Below are positions 24,206-32,000 of a DNA stretch of 32,000 bases, piece after piece. The notes under the pieces were generated by a model, which was given only the letters and a program-made list of their open reading frames with translations, did not search any database and was not told the DNA's origin. The position numbers and the translations under genes were made by a program. Origin of the DNA: Limisalsivibrio acetivorans. Its GTDB lineage: Bacteria > Chrysiogenota > Deferribacteres > Deferribacterales > Geovibrionaceae. The stretch's first letter is position 1; each line of letters begins with the position of its first letter. The stretch lies in contig NZ_ATWF01000001.1 of the NCBI RefSeq assembly GCF_000421105.1, positions 21,987-53,986 on the forward strand, given 5' to 3'.

Positions 24206-25536
24206 AGGCTGCCTATAACCTTCATGCAGTCCTCGCTGACCTTTTCCGCAGAGCTCAGAACCTGAGCTGTATCTATGGATGTCAGCTTCCTGTCCCGCAT
24301 AAGTATCCTTCCGTTTACAATGGTATGCAGTACATCGGAGGCCCTCACAGAATAGACAAGCTGTGATACTATATCCCGGCCGAAGTTGGGGGCGTTGTGC
24401 ACCGTATTGAGGTTTACCACAGCCACATCCGCCAGCTTACCCTCCTCGAGGCTTCCCAGCTCATCCGATTTACCGAGAGCCTTTGCACCGCCTAGGGTTG
24501 CCATCTCGAACACCTGCAATGCGGGGAGGGCGGTGGAGTCCATACGGCTTATCTTCTGCTTAAGGGTTGCGTGGCGCATCTCGGTGAACATGTCTAGGTT
24601 ATTGGAACATGGTGCGCCGTCTGCGGATATGGAAACGTTGCACCCCATCTCCAGAAGCTCCTGAACGGGTGATATCCCCGAGGCTAGGTTAAGGTTGCTA
24701 CTGGGGCAGTGGCTTACCATGGTTCCGCTGTCTGCAAGGATCCGTTTTTCCTCCTCGTCCAGCCATATGCAATGGGCGAGGATAAGGTTTTCTCCTGTGA
24801 GGCCGAGCTGCTGGAGATACTGTATATTGCGCATCCCCCGCTCCTTCTCCACGATGGCTATCTCTCCGCGGTTTTCAGAGGCGTGGGTGTGTACCTTGAG
24901 GTTCATATCCCTTGCAATATCCTGCACCTTGAGAAGAAGCTCCTCGGTGCAGGAGACCACGAAGCGTGGTGCGAAGGCGTATTCTATCCTTCCCCCCTCG
25001 GAGCCGTGCCATTTCTCGGCAAGCTTCACCGATTCCGCCACCGATTCGGCGGTGTCCTCCATGAGACCGTCTGGAACATCGTTTCCGTGATCCATCATGC
25101 ACTTGCCACCCATAAAACGTATTCCTGCACCCTTTACCGCTTCGAAAACCGCATCGGTGTGGTTCACTGTGCCCATGTCTATGAGGGATGTGGTTCCCCC
25201 CGATATTAGTTCAGAGATGCCCAGCAGGGCAGAGATATGGTTGCTCTCGTAGGTGTGGGCTGCCTCAAGGGGCCATATGCGTTTCTTAAGCCAGTCCAGA
25301 AGCTCAAGATCATCCGCCAGACCACGGAAGAGTGTCTGGGTAAGGTGTATGTGGGTCTGGATCAGTCCCGGAATAACAGCGCAGCCTTCCGCCTCGATCA
25401 CTTCGTCTGCGACGTAGGGGATCTCCGGTGCAATCTGCTTTATCCGGTTACCCTCTATGAGGAGGTCGCCCTTGATGATCCCCCTCTCCTTGTTCATAGT
25501 CACTATGTTTCCGTTTCTGATCAGCACCGATTTCAT
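24202..25536 (-). CDS. Amidohydrolase of the ATZ/TRZ - MtaD-like deaminase family (candidate guanine/aminopurine-type deaminase)
   Basis: PGLIQTHIHLTQTLFRGLADDLELLDWL, HTHASEN, AHCIWL and SISADGA are metal-binding motifs of this deaminase family. It is the last gene of the xdh operon. Substrate cannot be read from the sequence. Confidence 0.8.
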   Translation of the reverse strand: MKSVLIRNGNIVTMNKERGIIKGDLLIEGNRIKQIAPEIPYVADEVIEAEGCAVIPGLIQTHIHLTQTLFRGLADDLELLDWLKKRIWPLEAAHTYESNHISALLGISELISGGTTSLIDMGTVNHTDAVFEAVKGAGIRFMGGKCMMDHGNDVPDGLMEDTAESVAESVKLAEKWHGSEGGRIEYAFAPRFVVSCTEELLLKVQDIARDMNLKVHTHASENRGEIAIVEKERGMRNIQYLQQLGLTGENLILAHCIWLDEEEKRILADSGTMVSHCPSSNLNLASGISPVQELLEMGCNVSISADGAPCSNNLDMFTEMRHATLKQKISRMDSTALPALQVFEMATLGGAKALGKSDELGSLEEGKLADVAVVNLNTVHNAPNFGRDIVSQLVYSVRASDVLHTIVNGRILMRDRKLTSIDTAQVLSSAEKVSEDCMKVIGSL

Positions 25537-25539
25537 TAA

Positions 25540-26010
25540 CTATTCCTTATCGTTGAGGCACGCCTCAACGGCGCAGATTATCGTCTCGTATCCTGTGCAG
25601 CGGCAGAGATTCCCTGCATGCTCACGTCTTATCGTTTCACGGTCCACTTCCTCACCCTTATGCTTCTCCACAAAGGCTGTGCTGGTCATGATAAAGCCGG
25701 GGGTGCAGTAACCGCACTGAACGGCGCCTGCGTCGATATACGCCTGCTGTACTCTGGAGAGCTTCCCTTCGCTCCCCTCACCCTCGGATGTACGGATCTC
25801 TTTACCATCCGCCCATACGGCGAGATACATGCATGCATCGGTGGGGACTTGGTCTATGAGAACGGTGCACGCCCCGCATTCGCCAACTCCGCATCCCTGT
25901 TTTACGCTGGTGTATCCCTCATCTCTGAGAAGATCGAGGAGTGAGAGGCGGATGTCCACATCGATGGTGACTTCCTCACCGTTTATTCTAAGGTTTATCT
26001 CTTTTGTCAT
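25540..26010 (-). CDS. Xanthine dehydrogenase family (2Fe-2S)-binding small subunit
   Basis: GCGVGECGACTV (plant-type [2Fe-2S]) and CGYCTPGF....C.C.GY (second [2Fe-2S]) are present. The protein is 156 aa. Confidence 0.9.
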   Translation of the reverse strand: MTKEINLRINGEEVTIDVDIRLSLLDLLRDEGYTSVKQGCGVGECGACTVLIDQVPTDACMYLAVWADGKEIRTSEGEGSEGKLSRVQQAYIDAGAVQCGYCTPGFIMTSTAFVEKHKGEEVDRETIRREHAGNLCRCTGYETIICAVEACLNDKE

Positions 26011-26882
26011 AGCTCTGCTCCCGCATCCTCCATCGCCTTCATGGCGACACGTTTTGCAAGGGTCTGTATTATATGTGTTCTAAAGGCTTTGGATGCCCTC
26101 CATGAATCTCTAGGGTTAAGACTGGACATAACCTTCTTTGCGATCTCCTCAGCCGTTTCCTCGGAGGGGGTCTGACCGACTGCAAATTCCTCAGCCTCCA
26201 GAGCCCTGGTGGGCTTCGGCGCTGCAACGGTGAAGACTATGCGGAAGTCCTCTATCTTGCCGTTATTGATAGAGCAGGAGGCTCCGCATCCTATGGTGGC
26301 TATATCCATGGCGTCCCGCATGGCGTACTTGTAGTAGTACGCACCACGGTTTTCGTAGTTCTCCCTCTTTATTAGTATGTTCTTAAGGACTTCGGTTTCG
26401 CCCAGAACCGTTTTCCCGGGTCCGAGATAGAACTGATCCATCGGTATCTCACGTGCTCCGTCGATGCTTTCGGTCTCGAGAACGGCATCCAGAACAACAA
26501 GGCCGCAGATGGAATCCGCACTGATCGCCCCGTTGCAGAGGTTCCCCCCTATGGTGGCAACGTTGCGAACCTGTGGCCCGCCGATGGAGAGGGAGCACTG
26601 GGCAACAACGGGTATGTTCTCTTTGATCACAGGGTGCTCGATGATGCTCGTGAAATCCATGGCTGAGCCGATTCGTATGTCTCCGTTTGAGTCCTTGTCG
26701 ATGAAGCGCAGTTCTTCAAGGTTGTGGATATCCACAAGGCTTGAGAACTCCTCATCCCCCTCACGCAGTTTTATGAGCACATCCGTACCCCCTGCTATGA
26801 GCCTTGCCCCTTCGTTCTCCGAAAGGAGCCTGACGGCATCCTTTATCGACTCCGCCTTTACGTAGTTCTGTATATCAAACAT
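26007..26882 (-). CDS. Xanthine dehydrogenase family FAD-binding subunit
   Basis: The FAD_binding_5 pattern is IAGGTDVLIKLREG with ATIGGNLCNG, followed by a CO-dehydrogenase flavoprotein C-terminal-like tail. The protein is 291 aa. Confidence 0.9.
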   Translation of the reverse strand: MFDIQNYVKAESIKDAVRLLSENEGARLIAGGTDVLIKLREGDEEFSSLVDIHNLEELRFIDKDSNGDIRIGSAMDFTSIIEHPVIKENIPVVAQCSLSIGGPQVRNVATIGGNLCNGAISADSICGLVVLDAVLETESIDGAREIPMDQFYLGPGKTVLGETEVLKNILIKRENYENRGAYYYKYAMRDAMDIATIGCGASCSINNGKIEDFRIVFTVAAPKPTRALEAEEFAVGQTPSEETAEEIAKKVMSSLNPRDSWRASKAFRTHIIQTLAKRVAMKAMEDAGAEL

Positions 26883-26894
26883 GGCATAAACCTC

Positions 26895-29180
26895 TTATAT
26901 TAATCCTGCTTTTGTGAATTCCACATAAAGCGACTTCGGCGACATGGGGAGTGAGGAAACAGCAACCCCTGTGGCATCCAGTATGGCGTTGCGCAGTGCG
27001 GGAGCTGGTGAGATTATCGGCGGCTCACCGAGGGATTTGTTGCCGTAACCCGCTGTGGGCTCCTCTGTCTCCACGAATCCGCATCTCATATCGGGTATAT
27101 CCATCATTGTGGGTATCTTGTAGTCGAGGAGGCTGTTGTTGTAAACACGGCCGCTTTTCTCGTCTATGAGAAGCTCCTCGGAGAGTGCCGCACCGATACT
27201 CATCGCCATTCCGCCGTGGACCTGTCCCTCCGCAAGCAGGGGGTTAATTATCCGTCCTGAATCGTGGATGTTTATGATGTCGTTTATCTTCACCTTGCAC
27301 AGCTCGATGTCTATGTCGATATCCACGAAGGTGCACCCGAAGGAGAGGGCGTTTGTCCTTGTTTTATAGGAGACCTCTGCGCTTATCTGTCCGCCGAGAT
27401 CCTTGTGGTAATAGGAGTGTATGGCGAGCTCCTTCATGGTTACCACGGTGACATCGGGGCGGGTGGTGTAGACGATCCTGTCGCCGTCTATCATAAGCCT
27501 GCTTTCGATGACTCCGGTTAAGTCCTCGGCGTAATTGAGGATCTTTCCGCGGAATTCAAGGGCCGCCTTGTGCACAGCCTGCCCTGTTACGTAGGTCTGG
27601 CGGGAGGCGTAGGCCCCTGTGTCGAAGGGTGAGAAGTCCGTATCCTGGGTGGAGATAACCTTGATCATACCAACATCTATGCCGGAGCTCTCTGCGGCCA
27701 TCTGTGCAAAGGCTGTGTCCGAGCCCTGGCCTATCTCCGTTGCGCCCACCTGTATGTGAACCGAGCCGTCCTGATTAAGAACCGCCCTTGCGCCTGCTAT
27801 CTCAACGTTGCCGGGGTATGTTCCCGATGCGTAACTGAAGCATGCAACACCTATACCCTTGCGCACGCTTCCTTTTTTATATGCTTTGTATTCCTTTCTT
27901 TTTCTGTCCCAGTCAAAGAGCTCACGCCCCTTTTCGAGGCATTCCTTCAGACCGTGGCTCAGCATGGGGGATTTCTTGAGAGGGTTTATATCACCCGGAA
28001 CGCCTACATTCTTGAGCCTGAACTCAAGGGGGTCTATCCCCGCATTTGCCGCAAGCTCCTCCACTGCGTTTTCAACCATGAATACGATCTGCGGAGTTCC
28101 GTATGCCCTCATAGCTCCCGCCACGGGCATGTTGGAGTAAACGGTCTTTGCGTTCACCTTGATTACCGATCTGGGGTACATGGCGCAGGATTTGGCGGAA
28201 CCAGCGGATATGATGGCGTGGCCGTGGGAGGCGTATGCGCCGGTGAGTGAAACCGCATCCACATCAAGGAAGGTGAGTCTACCATCCTTATCTGCACCGG
28301 CACGGACATGGCCGTAGAATGGGTGCCTTGTCCTTGAGCAGGAGAGGCATTCCTCACGGGTGAGGTTCATCTGAACAGGCTTGCCCCCGAGCTTTGTTGT
28401 TAGGAAGGCAACCATCGGCTCCAGTACAGTATCCTGCTTGCTTCCGAAGCCTCCGCCTATGTATGGTTTAACCACCTTGACCCTGCCGAGGGGGAATTCC
28501 AGCGCCTCGCTTATAATCCGCCTTGCGATGTGGGGGATCTGTGTGGAGGAGACCACTGTTATCGTATCGTTGTCCTCCATATATGCGTATGCCACATGGT
28601 TTTCTAGGTGGCAGTGCTGTACCATGGCGGTTTTGTAATCACCCTCTGCTATATAGTCCGAAGAATCAGTCGCATCATCCAGCGAACCGCCGACCTCAAA
28701 GCTGTGGGCTCCTACAATGTTGCCCGTATCATGTATCTTGGGGGCATCCTCACGGAGGATGTTTTCCGGTGTTATGAGCGGCTCAAGCTCCTCGTATTCA
28801 ACCTCAACAAGGCGGGCGGCCTTGCGTGCGATCATCTCCGAATCCGCAACGATAACCGCTATCTCGTCCCCTTCGAAGCGGACGTGCTTTGTCAGCAGGA
28901 GCCTGTCTTCAACATCCTTCTGCTCTCTGTTATATGCGTATGGGTGACCGGCCGTGGCGTGGAATATATCGGGGACGTCTTCATATGTAAATACCGCCCG
29001 AACCCCTTTAACGCCCTTTGCTTTGTCGAAATTAATGCTTTTTACTATGCCGTGGGCGATGGTGCTTCGAACGTATACCGCATGCTTCATCCCGCTCATG
29101 GGGAGATCTTCGGTATATCTCGCTCTGCCTGTCACCTTCGCAACGGCATCCTGTCTCTGTACATTTTTACCTACAGACAT
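26895..29180 (-). CDS. Xanthine dehydrogenase family molybdopterin-binding large subunit
   Basis: The 761-aa ORF contains KVTGRARYTEDL, YIGGGFGSK, AMRAYGTPQ and the catalytic-Glu region GNKSLGEPPI. Confidence 0.9.
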   Translation of the reverse strand: MSVGKNVQRQDAVAKVTGRARYTEDLPMSGMKHAVYVRSTIAHGIVKSINFDKAKGVKGVRAVFTYEDVPDIFHATAGHPYAYNREQKDVEDRLLLTKHVRFEGDEIAVIVADSEMIARKAARLVEVEYEELEPLITPENILREDAPKIHDTGNIVGAHSFEVGGSLDDATDSSDYIAEGDYKTAMVQHCHLENHVAYAYMEDNDTITVVSSTQIPHIARRIISEALEFPLGRVKVVKPYIGGGFGSKQDTVLEPMVAFLTTKLGGKPVQMNLTREECLSCSRTRHPFYGHVRAGADKDGRLTFLDVDAVSLTGAYASHGHAIISAGSAKSCAMYPRSVIKVNAKTVYSNMPVAGAMRAYGTPQIVFMVENAVEELAANAGIDPLEFRLKNVGVPGDINPLKKSPMLSHGLKECLEKGRELFDWDRKRKEYKAYKKGSVRKGIGVACFSYASGTYPGNVEIAGARAVLNQDGSVHIQVGATEIGQGSDTAFAQMAAESSGIDVGMIKVISTQDTDFSPFDTGAYASRQTYVTGQAVHKAALEFRGKILNYAEDLTGVIESRLMIDGDRIVYTTRPDVTVVTMKELAIHSYYHKDLGGQISAEVSYKTRTNALSFGCTFVDIDIDIELCKVKINDIINIHDSGRIINPLLAEGQVHGGMAMSIGAALSEELLIDEKSGRVYNNSLLDYKIPTMMDIPDMRCGFVETEEPTAGYGNKSLGEPPIISPAPALRNAILDATGVAVSSLPMSPKSLYVEFTKAGLI

Positions 29181-30016
29181 CTGCGCTTCTCCTGCTGTTG
29201 TGCTGTATAGCTTCCTAGAACAGCCTCCAGAACGCCTCCCCCTATGGCGAGGGATTTCTCGGAGACGAACCCGCAGTATGCGGCATCATCCCTCGGGTCT
29301 ATGTCGGCTATTTTGGTTCCTTTATTTATCCTGGTGCCGCCGGGGAGAAGTCCCCTCAGCACCCCTTTAATCTCTGTTGTTACGATATTATTGTCAAGTG
29401 TGCCGATACTTTCTCCGGCTTCAACGTGATCGCCGATGGCTTTATCCGTATGGAAGGTGCCAGAAGCCTCAGCCCAGACAACCCTCTCAACGGTGTACCC
29501 CTTAACAGCACCCGGTGCACCTGTGTTAGCCTGTGCACTGCCATCCCAGAGCACACGGGCAAGGTAGTGCCCTCTGTTCGTTTCGATCACGCAGTGCACA
29601 TCGACACCAGCGGTGAACCCGGGGCCAAGCCCTATCACAAGGGGTGCCTCATCCATCGTGGTGCCAAGGTTGCGTTTTGCCAGTATGGCATCGATTACTA
29701 CGTCCGGCTTGAGGCTTTTGAGGCTCTTCCACTCCGGATCCCGCAGTACTGGGATCTTTGCCTCAGCCAGAACAGCCTCCGCATCGTTCACATCATCGAT
29801 GCGCACAGATGTAATATCCTCCACAGTATGGCTTCCTGCGTTCACCGCCTCGCTGAGGCACACCGTTCGACGTACCGCAAGGGGCTGATCCGCCTCAAGG
29901 ATAACTATGCGCTTGAGACCGGAATGGTAAAGCCGGAGGGCAACGCCTGTTGCGAGGTCTCCGCCCCCTTTGAGGCAGATTGTCAGCTCTGTCAGATTTT
30001 TATCCTTCATTATCAT
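29171..30016 (-). CDS. yqeB: Selenium-dependent molybdenum hydroxylase system protein, YqeB family (short, EF2563-like form)
   Basis: The 281-aa ORF contains LKGGGDLATGVALRLYHSGLKRIVILEADQPLAVRRTVCLSEAV, the pattern I associate with this family. It overlaps ygfK by ATGA (30013-30016) and the Mo subunit gene by 10 nt. Confidence 0.8.
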   Translation of the reverse strand: MIMKDKNLTELTICLKGGGDLATGVALRLYHSGLKRIVILEADQPLAVRRTVCLSEAVNAGSHTVEDITSVRIDDVNDAEAVLAEAKIPVLRDPEWKSLKSLKPDVVIDAILAKRNLGTTMDEAPLVIGLGPGFTAGVDVHCVIETNRGHYLARVLWDGSAQANTGAPGAVKGYTVERVVWAEASGTFHTDKAIGDHVEAGESIGTLDNNIVTTEIKGVLRGLLPGGTRINKGTKIADIDPRDDAAYCGFVSEKSLAIGGGVLEAVLGSYTAQQQEKRRCL

Positions 30017-32000
30017 ACACCTGTAAAGGGTGTCCTACTCCTTAATCCTTTATAAAGAGTAATATAGTCCGTTATTGCGCTCAGGTCGATACTTTCTATA
30101 TCCTTTTCCAGTATCTCAGCTTTTTTGCACTCCATAGTGTCTGCATCAAACTCTGCCCTGAAGAGGGGGCTTTCATACTGAAAGCGGTTCCCGTCATGGG
30201 AGAGTTTTGAGGTGAAGTCGGAATATTTGATAAGCATGGAAGAGGGGGAATCGAAATGGAAACCGAAGTCCGCCTGTTCGAAGCTCTCCTCGTTTATGTG
30301 GAACTTGGGCTTATCCATGTACGGCCTGCCAGAGGTGGGGCAGAATGTGGTGCAGTTGCCGCACTCGTTGCAGTAATCGCCGATGTTTATGATCTGGTAG
30401 GGTTGCTCGATCCTCTTTGTGCCGGCACTTTCTATTGTTCCGTCACCATGTAGCACTTGAACGGGGAGAAGCGTTTCCTCCAGAGGATAATACATGTTGC
30501 TCCGGTTGGGGCAAACGGTGGTGCAGATGTTGCAGATGAGGTCGCATTGCAGGCACCGTTCCGCCTCACGTTCAGCCTCATCTTTTGTTAGCGTGCTTAC
30601 AAAAAGGTTGAAATTCTTTCTTTCATCCGCTGGTAGTTCAGGTGTTCCTTCTCCGAAGTCCCTTATCGCCTGCTTTATCTGGGTTTCAATAAGATCGGGC
30701 TTACGTTCATCCATAGGTGAGAGATCGTGCCCGTCTCTGCCCGCCTTTGCTATGATTGCGGCGGCGGCCTTCTGTCCGTCACCGATGGCGTTAATCAGGC
30801 TGGAGGCTCCTCTGTGGGCATCTCCGCCGGCGTATACGTTCTCGATGGATGTTGCAAAGGTTCTCTGGTCCACCTCAAGTACATCCTCCGGGTAGAAGTC
30901 CAGCTCCACCTGCTGACCGATGGCGGGCACTATGTTGTCCGCTTCTATAATGTATTCCGAACCTTCAATCTTAACGGGGCGTCTGCGTCCGCTTGAATCC
31001 TTTTCGCCGAGCTCCATACGGCTAACTTCAAGACCGGTGACATGTCCGTTCTTTACGATAACACGCTCCGGCGAGGCGAGCTCGACCAGCTTAACACCCT
31101 CCTCAAGCGCTCCTCTGATCTCTTCTGGATCGCAGGGCATCTCCTTCCTTGTGCGGCGGTATACGATGGTTACCTCGCCGTTATTTCCAACCATCCGGAT
31201 GGCGGTTCGGGCGGCGTCCATGGCGGAGTTTCCTGCGCCGATTATTATCACTTTTCTCCCTATATCGAGTTCATTCTCACGCAGTTTTCTAACCTTGCTG
31301 AGGAAGGCGAGCTGATCGTATACACCCTCTGCGCCGATGCCTTCGATATCCAGCGGGAGGCTTTTCTGAGCGCCGACGCCTATGAATACATAATCCATTT
31401 TATTCCTGAGTTCTTCGAACTTAGAGGATGTTATGTAGGTGTTGGGGTGAATCCTTACACCGAGGGCCTTGATATTATCGATATCCTTGTTGAGGCTTTC
31501 ATCATCGAGCCTGAAAACGGGGATGCCGTCCGACGCCATACCTCCAAGGGATTCCTTGGCTTCGTAGAGATCGATCTCAAAGCCCATGAGAGCAAGGAAG
31601 TAGGCACATGACAGCCCTGCGGGGCCGCCTCCGATGACAGCTACGCTGAGCCCGTTTGAAGGTGCTGGTTTGAGGGGTTCTGAAGCTACAGAATCCGCCA
31701 CATAACGCTTAAGCTCACGTATGAGGAGTGGGGTGTCGTAGTTTATCCTTGTGCACTTGGATTGGCAGACATGATCGCATACCTTCCCCTGTACATTGGG
31801 GAAGGGGTTTGTGGCGAGGATTGTCCTCTGTGCCTTATCCAGTTCCCCTTCGGCGATGTGTTCTATATATTTAGGTATGTTCTGTCCGGCTGCGCATTTT
31901 GTTATGCATGGAGCCGCCGCACAGTCGAAGAAGCCGAGGCTTCTTTCGGTCTTTATATCTTCGTATGGCCTGCTTTCCTTCTTATATAGAGGGTTTGTCA
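30013..32000 (-). CDS. ygfK: YgfK-like Fe-S flavoprotein oxidoreductase (family annotated as putative selenate reductase subunit YgfK). The N-terminus lies beyond the right window edge.
   Basis: The FAD/NAD(P) motifs are VAVIGGGPAGLSCAY and VIIIGAGNSAMDAA. Two ferredoxin-type clusters are CLQCDLICNICTTVCP and CNECGNCTTFCP. The frame stays open upstream of the track's GTG at 31701. My translation of 31702-31998 reads ...FDCAAAPCITKCAAGQNIPKYIEHIAEGELDKAQRTILATNPFPNVQGKVCDHVCQSKCTR..., a GltD-like N-terminal Fe-S domain, so the gene is truncated by the window. Confidence 0.8.
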   Translation of the reverse strand, partial: TNPLYKKESRPYEDIKTERSLGFFDCAAAPCITKCAAGQNIPKYIEHIAEGELDKAQRTILATNPFPNVQGKVCDHVCQSKCTRINYDTPLLIRELKRYVADSVASEPLKPAPSNGLSVAVIGGGPAGLSCAYFLALMGFEIDLYEAKESLGGMASDGIPVFRLDDESLNKDIDNIKALGVRIHPNTYITSSKFEELRNKMDYVFIGVGAQKSLPLDIEGIGAEGVYDQLAFLSKVRKLRENELDIGRKVIIIGAGNSAMDAARTAIRMVGNNGEVTIVYRRTRKEMPCDPEEIRGALEEGVKLVELASPERVIVKNGHVTGLEVSRMELGEKDSSGRRRPVKIEGSEYIIEADNIVPAIGQQVELDFYPEDVLEVDQRTFATSIENVYAGGDAHRGASSLINAIGDGQKAAAAIIAKAGRDGHDLSPMDERKPDLIETQIKQAIRDFGEGTPELPADERKNFNLFVSTLTKDEAEREAERCLQCDLICNICTTVCPNRSNMYYPLEETLLPVQVLHGDGTIESAGTKRIEQPYQIINIGDYCNECGNCTTFCPTSGRPYMDKPKFHINEESFEQADFGFHFDSPSSMLIKYSDFTSKLSHDGNRFQYESPLFRAEFDADTMECKKAEILEKDIESIDLSAITDYITLYKGLRSRTPFTGV

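Noticed and set aside
31699-31701. GTG at 31701 as the start codon of the YgfK-like gene, as implied by the ORF track.
   Set aside because: The frame is open upstream to the window edge, and the upstream residues form a conserved-looking Cys-rich Fe-S domain. The gene is simply truncated by the window.
1-32000. Defence island, prophage or mobile element anywhere in the window.
   Set aside because: I recognised no integrase, transposase, nuclease/helicase/ATPase defence-type architectures, toxin-antitoxin pairs, tRNA attachment sites or flanking direct repeats. The gene content is metabolic, transport and signalling.

Overview
This is a densely packed bacterial chromosomal window with about 31 protein-coding genes; I found no rRNA or tRNA genes, CRISPR array, integrase, transposase or recognisable defence genes. 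Taxon cannot be determined from the sequence alone.

**Left part (1-8.05 kb).** It holds a partial TrpG/PabA-type amidotransferase and a RimB-like protease coupled to RimK. These are followed by a three-gene PF04392-type ABC uptake system, a secreted alkaline phosphatase, a YibE/F membrane protein and two small membrane proteins.

**Middle (8.07-19.5 kb).**
- A 1.5 kb ORF-poor, hairpin-dense tandem-repeat locus that I cannot assign to any known RNA or mobile-element family.
- A VOC/glyoxalase gene.
- A GntR - metal hydrolase - TctCBA operon.
- A translationally coupled NRDE/YigZ pair.
- A large CHASE-PAS-GGDEF diguanylate cyclase.

**Right part (19.5-32 kb).** This is a purine-catabolism and selenium-dependent molybdenum hydroxylase neighbourhood. 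It contains MocA-like, YqeC, HAD phosphatase, XanQ-like permease and XdhC-like chaperone genes. It also has a deaminase-type amidohydrolase, three xanthine-dehydrogenase subunits, YqeB and a YgfK-like Fe-S flavoprotein that runs off the window edge.

**What deserves a second look.** The most unusual element is the repeat locus at 8266-9575. Near-identical blocks flank a diverged core whose hairpins are kept by compensatory changes. The second is the YqeB/YqeC/YgfK cluster, which has been described bioinformatically but is biochemically unresolved. I do not see a canonical novel defence or mobile system and do not claim one.
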